A DNA stretch of 64,000 bases from Hydrolagus colliei (GCA_035084275.1 JAYJKW010000485.1:1-64000); one strand, 5' to 3'; positions 37,787 through 51,079 are shown, counted from the first letter of the stretch. Numbers and translations are program-made. Notes: generated by a model from the letters alone, not told the origin.

Positions 37787-38946
37787 TACTTATGTTGTCA
37801 AGACATCTCAAAGAACTTCACAGGATATCAATCAATCAAAACTTACATTTATATAGCGCCTTTCATGTCAGGAGGATGTCCCAAGGCGCTATACAGTCAG
37901 GTAGGGACAAGGGCAGGTGGGCAGGAGTTGGGGCAGGATGAAGAAGAGATTAAGGAAAATTGACTGCATATTTGTGGGCGAAACGTGACAGCCAAATTGC
38001 GCACAGTAGTGTCCCACAAACAGTCATTGAAGTGAGATATGGGGAAAAGGGGGGGAACGATGGCAAGGGGAGGGGTCGGGATAGGGGGAAGGAGAGCAGG
38101 AAAACTGACTGTATATTTCTGGGTGAAACGCAGCAGCCAAATTGCGCACAGCAGTGTCCCACAAACAGTAGCAGAAATGGGGCCGGGGAGAAATATATAT
38201 ACTGTAAAGTGGTGCATCTATGCGTGTATTTTGTGTGGATCTATATAAAGTGGTGCATCTATGCGTGGGTTAACATAGCACTATCCCACTGACAGCCATG
38301 GAGTGATTGATCAAATGTCGGTGAATAACCAATTGTATGTTTAGACATTTGTCTCTAAAGTAATCCAAAATGCTAATCTTTTTCCCCCCAATCAACAATC
38401 AGTCTCAGCTATACAAATTTGCATTGATATACAGAGAAATGTTTATCTATTGTATATAATTTCTCAGGTAGCTCAGATTATCAATTATGAACCAGAGATC
38501 CAACAAAAGACAAATACTAAAACTCTGATGATTTGTCACATTATGTCGTCGCTGCATTAAGTAATTACTCCTCGGTCACATTTTTATCCAGCGCCTTGGG
38601 ACGTCCTCCCGACGTGAAAGGCACTATACAAGTGTAATTTTGTTGTTGTTATATCACAACACTGTGGCATGGCACTTCTTAACGAAGCTTAACCTCAATA
38701 AACAAAACTGCTTACATCCTCGGTTCTTTCCGATCTGACTCAGATGCACTTTAAGTTTTAAAATAAACGTTGCAATCCTTCTCATTGCTTCAATTTCATA
38801 CTGTATCTGGTATCGACAATACACGCATTCATAATCGTCAACACCTTTAAGACTTTAAATACTTGTTGACTCTTGATATGCCTGTTCTCTGTGCCAAGAA
38901 GATTAAAATTAAAACAAATATTGAAAACAATTTCCCAAAACATTAC

Positions 38947-39476
38947 CTTAGTAAAGATAGCCAAAGGCATTCCATATTGGTCCTCCTCAAGACCAGAAAT
39001 TAATCCTGGGACAATTATTGCCTGACCTGTGTTAGCCTGTGGTTGCACTGTGACTGGAATAGAACTGGACTCTGCTGGAAAAACTTCTTTTGGATCTGAA
39101 TTCTCTATTTGATCCAATCCTTCTTCCTTTAGTCCATTGTCAGTGTCTAGAATGCTAGGATCCAGGGTTTCCCAATCACTCTCTGAAGAGTTTGGAGAAG
39201 CATGTTGGGGAGGTTGCAGATGCTGCTGTGGTCGGTCAGTTTGGTCAGATTTCTGTATATCTGAGAATGTCACAACCTTAGCTGCAACTTTAATCTGCTG
39301 ATCTTTTCGAGCTTGAGCTCCATCATTGAATTCTGGACTAGGGTTTAAAATGTCTGCCTCAGAAATAGAAACATATTCTTCAGTATTCATACTAAATTCC
39401 TGAAGTCCAATATCTTCTGAGGTGCTCTTTCTTGGTTTGTACTGGGATGAATCTGCCAGACCATGTTCTACCATTC
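38947..39476 (-). CDS. AVL9: AVL9 exon 10 (long linker exon)
   Basis: GMVEHGLADSSQYKPRKS...SSESDWETLDPS...GLISGLEEDQYGMPLAIFTK; 530 nt; ttag| and |gtaatg. Confidence 0.96.
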
Positions 39477-39904
39477 CTAAAATTAAAAAAAGATTACTAG
39501 AAACAAAAGCAGATCGCACAGCTTTCCCCATACGCTGAACACAGGAATATTATCAACAAAACATTTGAATAATTTGACTCTGTCTCTTTGTTTAGCAGTA
39601 TTGTTTTAGAAATACATTGCACATCTTTTCAAAGAAAAATATCAAAAAAAGCTGAATCTGAAAGAACTGAGGATAAAGGTTGTTTTGCTTCAATGTTAAA
39701 AAGAGCCATGCTTTGTGATATAACATTCTTCCTAATTTAATGTCCAATTCAAAATTATGACAAGGGATAAAAAGCAGAAATTTAACGTTCTGATACAATA
39801 CGGAGGTCAAACTGAAATACAGCAACGATTTGGGGATCTCGTCTCTTAGATACACAGGTTCAAAACAAACTTTAAAATCTTTTAAACTTTAAACAAATTT
39901 AAAT

Positions 39905-40290
39905 CTTGCTGTACAACAGCTCAAGTGGAACAAGAAACCAGAAAGGCTTTCAAGATTGTGGGTTCAAGTCCCATGTTGGGAACCAGAACCTATGTAAAGG
40001 AGTCTAAGGTGACACTCGAACGCTGGATGTTTCATCCTTCTAATGAAATGTTAAAGCGAGGTCCTGCCCAGGTGGATGTTAAAGATCCCATGGCACTATT
40101 TGAAAAGAGAAGGGTGTTTATCCCACTGGCCAACAAATCCCCCAATACAATGGGTCACTCACTCCATGGCCGCTTGTGGGACATTGCCTTGCAAAAATTG
40201 GCTACAGTGTTCCCCCAAACATAGTCACTCCACTATAGAAGTTGCAGACATAAGGTACAGTACTATGTCAAATACAACTATTACTATTGC
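39905..40290 (+). mobile_element. Old DeuSINE-like SINE
   Basis: gtgggttcaagtccc B box and Deu-like core caggtggatgttaaagatcccatggcactatttgaa. Confidence 0.65.
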
Positions 40291-40554
40291 TGTTGCTTGA
40301 AACTGTTACAATGTAGCCCCAATATAATGTCTTTACTACAGCATTAGTTTGTTTATAAAGCAAATAGGATGGGAATCCCATTCATGTCCAGACAGCTTTG
40401 TTTCCACACACTTGCTTCCCTGGCACATTTGAATATATATTATATATTTTAAAAATCAGAATAATTATACACACTATTTTAAAAAAAATAAAGAACTTGA
40501 TACAAATAGTAAAAATGGACAAAGTCAGAGGTAGAACAAAGGAGAAAATCATTG

Positions 40555-40720
40555 AACATATTCAAGACTGAGATTGACATATTTTAAAAGCTAAAGGCAT
40601 TAAGGGATATGGGTATAGGGTGGTTAAATGGAATTTGGATAGAAGATCAGCCATGATGTTATTAAATTGCGGGGCAGCCTCGAGGGGCTGAATGGCCTAC
40701 TCCTGCTCTTAATGTTCTTA
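40555..40720 (+). mobile_element. CR1 LINE 3' end
   Basis: ttcaagactgagattgac...gatcagccatgat...cgaggggctgaatggcctactcctgctc. Confidence 0.85.
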
Positions 40721-42089
40721 AAACTGGAAAGAAACTTAGCTTGTAGAGAGTTTTCAAAGAACAAGGCAGTATGTCGAAAGAATTAGAAATAGGTATTTTG
40801 TTCCTTTGTTCAACAGAAATACTCCACATAGACTATCTTCTTTACACTATATATTTATACTGTATACTAACAAAACAACAATGTCTTCAAGACGGATCTC
40901 AATAACGTAGACGTGATTTATACCTCACTGGGAAGGTGTTACACCAGGCAGTGACATGGACATATTTGGTTTTGGGTATCTCCACCGAAAACCCAAGAGG
41001 CCAAAAAGCAAAGTGAAATACAATTTTATTATTTTATATATAAATACAATAGGTCAGGTCACAACATTTTTTGTACAAAATTAAGAGGCATTTTGAATAA
41101 GGAGAAGCTATTTCCATTGGTACGGCATAAGAGCGTCATAAATTAAAGTTACAAGAAGTGAAACGAGAAATTAGGAGATGTTTTCACACAAAGTTGTGAG
41201 GACATGGAATGCCCTACCAAGTAAGGTGGTAGAGGCAGAGTCCATTATGGTTTAAGACAGTTGTAACTGGAAAGATGTAATTAGGAAAAAAAAATGAAAC
41301 GTGGAAAGAACTAGTTTTCACTTGTTTGTTGGGAGGGTCTCTTGGAATTGAGCTGGCTCCAGCGTGAAGCACTCAGTAACAGAGGAATATCAGATTTGAC
41401 CCTGCCCTTTGTGGCAGTTTCAGTAATCCAGCTCCAGAGGCAGGTGGGTCCACAGAATTCCAGAACATTGCTGATGACAGCACAGCCAGTCTGGCTCATC
41501 AGTAGGACAGGAAGGAGCAGACCAGTCACTGGGAGCAGGGATTCTTCCCACTCAGCTCCCATTAACCCTGCAATCCCAAAGCGCTAATGGGTAAAGTGGT
41601 GTTTGCTGGACCAGCAATGGAAAGCTTGCCAGGCTGGGCTCTCAATGGCAAACTATGAAATTTTAGCTAATTAAGCAACAGCACTACCTCCAGCCCCACT
41701 CAGGCCGTCCCCAAGCAATGGACCTCATCTGCCTGTAACTAATAGTTTGCTAAAATGGGCATATCCGTACAGAGAGAGTGCACATTCCATTCAGATACAG
41801 GGTAATTTCCATGCGTTATGGGCGTTTAAAAAATATTATAAATATATTAGCCACCCATGTCCATCCAACAATATTAAGTGTTTGGGATTATGCTCCTGAC
41901 ACGAATAGCAAATATAAGTCTGTATTGTATTCAATGCTCGTGCCTACTTAAAAGTAGTTTGTAATCAGTGACTAAAGATCAAAAGTATCCAGTGAACGTT
42001 CAAATTGCTTAAAAGACTAGAAGTGTTCCCAAGTATTTATGAATATTGTTTTAGCATTTAATTCATGCAAAGTAATGAATGCGTGGAAT

Positions 42090-42690
42090 AGACAACAACA
42101 ACTTCGATTTATATAGCGCCATCCACGCCGGACGGCGTCTCAGAGCACTTTACAATAGCGGATCCCAGGACCGAGCCAGGGGCAGGAAGGTGACCAAAAG
42201 CTCGGTCGAAGAGAAAGGTCTTCAACTGTGACCTGAAACCGGGAAGAGAGGGGGTGAGGTGAAGCGAGTGAGTTCCAGAGCCTCGGGGCGTAGTGGCTAA
42301 AAGCACGGCTGCCGAGGGTGGAGCGGAGAATTCGGGGGACATGGAGGAGGCCAGACCCAGAGGAGCGAAGGCAGCGGGTGCTGGGTTGGGGGGAGAGGAG
42401 ATCAGAGAGATAGTGGGGTGCAGAGGAGTGGAGAGATTTGAAAACAAGGGTGAGGATCTTGAAGTCGATCCTCTCTGGGTCTGGGATAGGGAGCCAGTGA
42501 AGTCTGGCAAGGACTGGGGTAATGGGGGAGCGAAGCTTAGAGCGGGTGAGTATGCGGGCGGCAGAGTTTTGGATAAGCTGAATTTTGTGGATTGTGGTAG
42601 AGGGGAGACCGGCGAGGAGGGCGTTGCAATAGTCCAGCCGAGAGGTGACAAAGGCGTGGACCAAGGTTTCGGCGGCTTTTAAGGTGAGGT
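42090..42690 (-). mobile_element. Young L2 LINE, same subfamily as 33830-34790
   Basis: AAETLVHAFVTSRLDYCNALLAGLP...; highly similar by eye to the 33830 copy. Confidence 0.93.
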
Positions 42691-42939
42691 GAGACCCAGG
42701 GAGGTGATAAAGATAAATTGTGCCACCCAATTCAAAATTTTCATCTTATTGAAGAATGTATTTTATTATTTTTAAAACAACAAAATTACATTGATAGACC
42801 GCCTGTCATTTTGGGAGGACCCAAGGCGCTGAAAAGCATTTAATTAATTTTATAAAAAATGAATTCATACAATTCAAAATACATGTTTGGAAAAATAATT
42901 CATTAATACAATAATTTTAATTCTTCACAAAATGCTCAC

Positions 42940-43009
42940 CTGGAAAAAGTGATAGAACCGTCATCAAAGTTCCAACAAGCCGATTTACTGGCGCCACATA
43001 AAACAGAAG
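42940..43009 (-). CDS. AVL9: AVL9 exon 9
   Basis: LLFYVAPVNRLVGTLMTVLSLFP(G); 70 nt. Confidence 0.95.
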
Positions 43010-43688
43010 CTGTAGAGAAAGCTACTTTAATATGACACTCAAGAGAAAATAATGAAACATTTAAGAAGACTGAATCAAATTTTAGGTAAATTAAGCTAAA
43101 TTTTACATTTTAGGAAGCTAAGCATAAGAATATCTTTCTCCAATTACACTGTACTGCAGAATCTGCAAAGAACAATATTAACTTTCCAGGAGGAATCAGT
43201 ATTTAAAAACAATCCCTCACACCGCTGTCAAGTGACTTTGGAACTTTTTACAACCACAAGTGTATAGAGTAAACAAACTGCTTTTCTACCTTAAAATCAA
43301 ACTCAAATCATACTCAAAATTGTTTCCTTCAACACTTTCAAACAATTGTGATTATGGACTGTATTTTGAACAACACTAAATCTGGAAGGTAAAAAAAATG
43401 CTCTCTGCTAATTCTCAGCTAAAATTCTTATAAAATTAAGCCACAAAACTGTCAGACCGTACTTCTGCTTTATTTTAAACATTTCCAATGAACGCAGCCT
43501 AGTTCCCCATTGAATCTGATAAATATTCCTGGAAAATCAGACCCATTGCCTCATTAGCAAACTTATGTCAGTTACATCATGTTCACTGGATGCCTTGGAT
43601 TTTGTCCAATCTATTACAAATAGAAATGGAAGAGACCTTTAAGAAACAATGCAATTTTGAACCAATTCGTATGTTTTCCTCTGGTATT

Positions 43689-44000
43689 GTGGATTCCTGT
43701 AAATCAGTGGTTAGAGCACTCACCTTGTAGTGAGAGATGAAGGTTCAATTCCAGTCAGGTCGAATCCTTGGGCAAGTTTCCTTACTCCACGCGCCCAATA
43801 ATAATCCCCATCAAAAAACAATAATTAATCAGTCATTTCAATCCACAACTGTTTGTGGGACACTGCTGTGCACAATTGGTTGCCGCGTTTTGCCCAAATA
43901 TATAGTCAATTTACTTTATATATCCTGTGAAGCACTTTGAGACGTCTAGAAGACGTGAACAGCGTTATATCAAATGCAAGGATTATTATTATTATTATTT
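43689..44000 (+). mobile_element. Full-length tRNA-derived SINE with L2-type tail
   Basis: tRNA-like head (tcagtggttagagc, ggttcaattcc), conserved core, stem-loop tail and (TTA)n. Confidence 0.9.
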
Positions 44001-44317
44001 ATGCAACACTGTTTTCATTCAGAATAAATCTGTGAATGACTCATTCTGAGTTTATATCCATTCATCGACTCACCAATAATAAATGGTCTGACAATAATTT
44101 GCATCGAACTGTCAGTTTTCAGCAATGCATACACCACTACTTTTTTTGTAGATACTGCTGAACCACACAACACCTCAAGCAACCCTACACTTTGCAGCTG
44201 ACCCTCTCTCTATAAGTTCTAAATCAAGAGAGATCTTGGTTATGGCTTTTGTTCAGGTATTGATAAAACAATGAACAAATGGTAGATATCAGTGTTTGTA
44301 TCCAATATAAATATATA

Positions 44318-45053
44318 CAGTAGAAGCCCGTTTATCCGTGTCTCAATGAACCGGCACTTCCGTATCACTGGCAAGCAAAAAAAAGGACCCCATTTGATAA
44401 ACTGGAACTTATCCGGTACAATAGCGGTGGAGCATTTGGAAATGCATAAATAACAGATAATAACAGAATATTGTATTGGTACTTATTGTTAAAACTCCTC
44501 TCTTGCACTTCTCACCTTTACTGGCAGATGCTGCACTTGAAGCCATGATGCTGCGGTTGAGGTTTATAGTCCAGCGATTCTTTTTAAAATGGAGGATGCC
44601 AAGCGGGTGAAAAAAATGGAGCGCAACTTTAAAGCCTTACTAGCGGCAAGCTGATAACGCTAACCCACATTGTCGCGCAGGTACAATATTTTGGCTTGCC
44701 GCTAGAAGAGTCTAGAGTTATCGGTTTTCCGCGAGCAGAGTCTAGGGTTATTGGCTTGCCGTTAGTAAGGCTTTAAAATCGTGCTTCAGTTTTTTTCACC
44801 CGCTTGGCGTCCTCCATTTTAAAAAGAATTGCTGGATGATAAAGGTGAGAAGCGCAAGAGAGTAGTTTTAACAATAAGTATCAATACAATATTCTGTTAT
44901 TATCTATTATTATTTAGTCTGGTGTGTATTAAAAGAACTTTAATTTTTTTGTGGTGGGTTGGTTTTTGGCCATGGGCCGCCCAAATATGCAGGCAGGCAC
45001 TTTAACCGACATCGGCCAGGTCCCATGGGTGCTGTATAAACGGGCTTTTAGTG
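44318..45053. mobile_element. Family A long foldback MITE
   Basis: cagtagaagcccgtttatccg ... taaacgggcttttagtg with TA flanks; internal inverted repeat; homologous to 37114-37786. Confidence 0.87.
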
Positions 45054-45369
45054 TAATAATAATCCTTGCATTTGATATAGCGTTTTTCACGTCTTCTAAA
45101 TGTTTCAAAGCGCTTCACAGAATACACTGTAAAGTGAATTGACTGTATATTTTTGGGCAAAATGCAGCAGCCAATTTCGCACAGCAGTGTCCCATGAACA
45201 GTTGTGGATTGAAATTATCAATTTTATTATTGTGGGTTTTTTTTGAGGAATTATTTTGCGTGTGGAGTAAGGAAACTTGCCCAAGATTTCGCCCTGACCT
45301 GCCTGGATTTGAACACAGGTCGCACGCTTGTAAGGCGAGTGCTCTAACCACTGAGCTATAAGACTCCAC
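45054..45369 (-). mobile_element. Full-length tRNA-derived SINE
   Basis: Minus strand gtggagtcttatagctcagtggttagagcactcgcc...gttcaaatcc (A and B boxes), core and tail. Confidence 0.9.
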
Positions 45370-45985
45370 AGGGTATATACAGTAAGATCGTTTGTATATG
45401 TATATGGACAACAAATAATTCAGACCACCATACCACAAACCACAAGGCTGAGGTATGTTCCTTTTGCATTTCTATTGAACATATTTCAGTTTCCTCCAGA
45501 AGTGTAAATAGAACTAAATAGTTTTCAAATTATCAATGCCAGTTAGAGGAAGATTTAACCATTTCATAAAACCTATTGTGAACAGAAGGCAAGATGTGCA
45601 GAATTGAATGCAGAAATGGCTTCCCTTTCTTACCATTTTTCATCACTCACTTTCCCTCTCTGAATACATATCGACTCCATCTTACCTTCTACTGGGGTAC
45701 AATCCCAAGACTGAGCACCATGCAGTAATTTGCCCCAAAGACAAAGATTTACTCTGAGCTACGATACTGTCAGCAAGCTGCTCAGCAACAAACATCGCAG
45801 ACAAACTGAATCCCATCCAATTATCCAACTAATGTTTTGTTGTTGTAATTTCAAGCAGAGCACTATCCTGAATATGAGAACCCTGACCAAGGCAGCTAAT
45901 ATGACCATTTTCACAATTAATTTGAACATATAATTAGAAAGTGTTGACAGTCAAGCTCCTTGTAGTCATTGAGCCCCTTTCTTAC

Positions 45986-46024
45986 CTTTTTCTCCAGGAG
46001 AATCAACTTAAATAGAATTACAGT
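45986..46024 (-). CDS. AVL9: AVL9 exon 8
   Basis: TVILFKLILLEKK; 39 nt; ttccag| and |gtaag. Confidence 0.94.
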
Positions 46025-47069
46025 CTGGAAAAAGAAGCAAACAAAGCACTTCATTAGCATACCTTACAGTATAGCATTACATATCTTTTCATTTTAAAAA
46101 CACAGAAGTCCTCTATAAAAGTGCTTTTGAGTGCTCTTAAAGCTGAGCAATGCATTTAATACCATAACAATGACAATTTACATTTATATAGTGCCATTCA
46201 TACCGGATGGTGGAATGGAGCGCTTTCAACAGTTATTATTATTATTGCAGCGCTTTCAATGGTTAGATATAGCTGTGCACACATTTTTTCTAAGATGGAT
46301 ATTTGGATTTTATGCTGCACAACATTTTGACACTGTCAAAGGAGGCAAGCGGGGATTTTTTGGAGATTAACTGCTTTCGAAGCATGGCACAGAATGTTGG
46401 AATACACTCAACATTCAATGATGGTCTTGGTTACAAACCAGGCATAGGCAGGATTTGGGAGGGGCAAACCAGTAACTGGAGCTAGAATTCTTACCATTCA
46501 GTTCCTGATAATAACACTGCAAGCCAAGGCTTTATCTGGTAGGGTGATTTTATGTGTGGACAAAGCCAGCCAGGCAATGCATTTAATAACAAGCTGTGCA
46601 GCTTTAACTGGTTCAATTTCAGCAGTACCCTGACATATACTGTAAGTCCCTAAACAACGGATTTAGCCAAGCTATGTTGAATACTATCTGAAATTAGGTA
46701 AGAAGGGAAAGTGCATTCCATTCCAGACATAAGGAAATTTCCATGTGTAGGTGGAATATATATACAGAACTGGTGTGGTTACTCTTATGCATGATGATGG
46801 GTGTCCACATGTATTGGACATCTTGCTGAGCAGTGGACCGACTGAAACACTTTACTTTCGGCCAGGATATACAAATAAATTATTTCAAGTTTTATTTTCC
46901 TACAATCAAGTTTTGTTTTCCCCTTTAACATATTGTCTCAAGATATGTAAGAAAATAAGCATCTTAATGTCCGTTTCTCACCTCATATGAAATTCTAAAG
47001 GCCAGAATATTCTTAACTAAAAAGCAAAATAAATCCAGTTCGACAAATGATGGGAACCAGTTACTGTAC

Positions 47070-47110
47070 CTTGTGTCTTAAATGAAGAATTAGATCTCGT
47101 GGAGACAGAC
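47070..47110 (-). CDS. AVL9: AVL9 exon 7
   Basis: (G)LSPRDLILHLRHK; 41 nt. Confidence 0.94.
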
Positions 47111-48484
47111 CTAAAGAATTAAAATAAAATTTATATGTTTTGACAACAACTTTGGCCTACTTTATGCCTCCCCCTCACACACACACTCCAAACTGCACAA
47201 CTAACAAACAAATCTTGTACCACTTTGTCTGCACCATCTGGAAATCCCTCTTGAAAACCGTTTGCCTCGCCCCTTTCCACTCGGCTTTCAAATCCCACCT
47301 GAAGACCTTGCTTTTTAACTGTGCTTTCTGTCCTCCCAACCAACTGAACTTGGGCTCCCCACTCAGTCTTTGAAAAGTACTTTGAGATATTCTCTCAACA
47401 TAAAAGGTGCTATGATAAATTTTGTGAAGATTGAATTCAGTTTTCACAATAATGAAAACACACATGATAACCTCCTACTGATCTCTCCACTTTCATATGA
47501 TGAATGGAATATAGTCACACAATCCATGGTAGTAAATTTCTGATTGTATTGTAAGTGATGGTAAATGCCCAATGTCATGTAAGATTGTTTGAATAAGCTC
47601 TCCCACATTGGATTACCTGATCAATAATCACAACTGACTGATCAGATAGTTACAGCAAAATCACTGTAGAGTAGCACAAAGAATTGACACCTGTAAATTG
47701 TCAGGTGGCAAAAGAGCTTTCAGTTTGTGAGTATATCCCACGCAAACGTTATAAATTAAAAACCTGCTTCTAAATGTGATCTTTGCACTGCATTTTACTG
47801 AAAGTAAACTAAAGCACCATACCAACATGATAGGTAATGTACATTGGAAAGCATATTTTTAAATGCTTAGTTATTGTTCTTTTTTTTTTCCAACTCATAA
47901 AACTTTTACAAAACTGGGACAGAACCAATGCTAGGAATTTTCCTAGTCTTTTTTTTCCCCAAACACAATCAAATCTCACCCAACATCCATAAATTGAATT
48001 TGTTTTATTGTTAATGCCAAGCAGTTGAATAATTTTCTTTTGGAAATCAACGTAGGGACACTTAGAATGATTGTTGCTGAGATCAAAAATCATTTATAAG
48101 TCCAGTGTGATTAATAATTGATAAAGATAACCTTGACCGTAAAAATATCAGCTGACATAGGAGCATCCTCCACATACCACCTGGATAAGCCCAGGTCATA
48201 AACATAATCCTTTGATTAATTGAGTTGCAGTTTCCTAGTTCTGGTTTTAAGAAACAAGCATAATTTCAGTAGAATCCATGTTCTTCTGAGGTACAAGATA
48301 GTAGATGAACACAAAACTGAATTCTATCTCTTAATAATATAACCATCCTGAAACCATCTAAATAAAAAGTGTAAGAAGAGGCAAATGCACATTCTGAAAA
48401 AATACTGATTGCCAAACATTAAATAACATTTCTAAACTTGCTTCTTGCGTTAAGTGCTGTGTAATATGATTTTAATCCACTTAC

Positions 48485-48551
48485 CCAAGCAAGCCTGGGA
48501 TCCCTCCAAAGCATATCCTCCTAAAGAGCCATTCATGTGCTCATAAAGTTC
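48485..48551 (-). CDS. AVL9: AVL9 exon 6
   Basis: ELYEHMNGSLGGYALEGSQACL(G); 67 nt. Confidence 0.95.
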
Positions 48552-49044
48552 CTAGTTCAATATTGGAAAAATATTTTCAGTCTGTTAGAACAGGTGAACA
48601 AGCAATATCATTTTAAAATAAAAACTGCATTACATGCTCTGATGCGAGTAATAAAACTTGATGTTAACATATTGTCAATACAAACTGCCTTACAAGTTAG
48701 CAAGTTGACCAAGTACTTGTACAATCTTGCATACTTGGCTAGGTGTATCAAAGAAAGCTACAATAAATTATTATTAAATAGTTTAATGTACAGTATTTAC
48801 AAATTAATGGCATTCATTATTAATAAGACAAAAAAGAAAAATCTTTCAAGATCTCATTACTACCTTATAGTTAACTTCATGCTTCAAAAGCTAGATGTCA
48901 GAACAACTAACGATCAAAAAAAAATCCTTCAAAAGGAAAGCATCTCCCATGTTGGAGATGTATAAACTCAGGTTACATGGGGACAGGGGAGTGAGAAAGA
49001 AAATCCACAAATATACCTTGAAATTTGGAGCATTGGTGAGGTTC

Positions 49045-49325
49045 AACAACAACAAAATTACATTTATAGAGCGCCTTTCACGTTGGGAGGATGTCCCAAA
49101 GCGCTGAACAGTCAAGTTGGGACCCGAGCACAGGGGGGAGGGGGGAAGAAGGGTCGGGGTAGGTGGAAGGGGAAGGAGAGTAGGAGAGGTGGAAGAGTTA
49201 GGAGGGGAGCAGAAGACACGGTCGAAGAGGAAGGTCTTGAGACCGGCCTTGAAGGAGGAAAGAGAGGAAGTGAGGCGAAAGGATTGCGGGATGGAGTTCC
49301 ACAGTATGGGAGCAGAGAGGCTGAA
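49045..49325 (-). mobile_element. L2 LINE 3' end
   Basis: (CAA)n tail, stem-loop, gagaccggccttgaaggagg...gatggagttccaca. Confidence 0.8.
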
Positions 49326-50989
49326 TTAATAATCAATAATAATAATCCTTGCATGTCTTATAGTGCCTAATCAGGTCTTTAAGACGTCTCAAAGCGCTTC
49401 ACAGAATTTAGTGTAAAGTCAATTTGCTATGTATTTTATTGGTGAAATGTGGCAATAAACACAGTCATTGTATTTGACAGTTCTCATCACATCAAAACTT
49501 CTCACCTCAGAATTTTTGTAAAATGTAGTAACTATTTTTAGATTAAATTGAGTTAGGTCATTGTTCAATAACTGCAATCTGACTGAAAACATTTAATGGG
49601 TTAGTTGGTCTGATTCAGTTTATGTAGGATTGTTACCACTTGAAAAATAAAGCAAACACTATTCTGCAAGGAATTTTTAGTGCTCATGTGCTACCAAGCC
49701 CAAAACTAAGTGCAGTTACAGTAACATCTTACTCAGGGTTTTAAACATCAAAGAGAAAGAATGCTTGTGTGAAAAGTAATTTACTAGATCTTTGCTGAGT
49801 ACAATCAACACACAATCAGCACATATTAGGCCTTCAAAGTATGAACCAAAAGGTAGAATAGTCTGCCCGCTAGAAGATCAAATGTAAGTATCAGATAGAA
49901 TCTTTGGAATTAGCTCAAAAGAAAAGCCTTAATTGAATCTGTTTGCAATTTGTATCGCATATTTCACATCAGGACATCAAGGTCTTAAGATGGATTTTGA
50001 AGATGGAAGGGTGAGTGATAGGGACTAACTACTAAAGGTTCACGTGAACATCATGTGAATGCTGTAGGAACTTGTAGTTAGTTCCAGTCAGGCACCAATT
50101 AAAACAATCTATCCACAGCACAAACATGGTTAGCAACCTTGAGCAAAAGGGAGAGAAACAACTTGTCTACACAAAACACCAGGTGCACATTATAGTTAGT
50201 CACCCCCATTATAACTACGCCCCTTTTCTTTGTTAGTTCAGAATCACTCAGAGCAACACAAAGAAACTGCTTTAAAACTTTTTTGCCTGTACTTTTGACA
50301 TGTGCTGAATAAACTTTGAAAAAACTTCTCGGACTTCAATCTTTATTGAAGAAATACATGATCTAACAGTGAGATAGAGGTTCTCTGGAATGGAGTTCCA
50401 GAGAGTTGCAGCAGGATTACATTCAAACAAAAATTTAAAGTGGCAAAACAGGAGTGAAAATCTAATTTGATGAGGGAAGAGTAAATATTGGGAAAGACCA
50501 ATGACAATGAAGGCTTATTTAGTATCATGGAATTATGAGGTGTCCTATAACATTAGTAACCAATGCTTAAAGCCAGGATACATCTTGTTTTTTTTAGACA
50601 TAAAGAAAACCTGAAGAGAATTATAATCAAATTGTAACAGACTCAAATGTAAAGACTTCTCACCAAGGAAGCTAGAGTAGAAGGTAATAATAATAATAAC
50701 AGGTAACAGCTGAAAAGTGGGGAAAGATCATGACACCAGAGAGGGGCATAAATAACTTTAACATTGTTTAGAAGAGAAAGATACACAGTAATTGAACACC
50801 CTGACATCACAGATGCTCAAAGCTTCTTAAAGGCATATCGTTTACAGGATTATTCGTATTAGAAACCTGGGTTCACACTATTCGTTTGTGAAGGATACGA
50901 ATGAAGAGCACTGCAAACTGCAGAAAACAAGTCAATGTGGTTTGTTAAAGAAATTCTGACAATCATTATTAAAAATAAGAAAACCTCAC

Positions 50990-51079
50990 CTTCAGAATAG
51001 AAATTTGTGAGAAATCTTTCTCTTCAAAGTAAGCATGTGTGATAAGTTGCAATTTTGCTTGAAGCAATCCATAGAGCGG
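50990..51079 (-). CDS. AVL9: AVL9 exon 5
   Basis: PLYGLLQAKLQLITHAYFEEKDFSQISILK; 90 nt. Confidence 0.96.

Noticed and set aside
38782-39531. 249-aa ORF as a standalone gene
   Set aside because: It is AVL9 exon 10 (38947-39476) plus intronic read-through on both sides.
45290-45369. tRNA gene (also at 24830, 43689, 57420 and 60440)
   Set aside because: A and B boxes are present, but there is no intact acceptor stem and each continues into a SINE body and tail.
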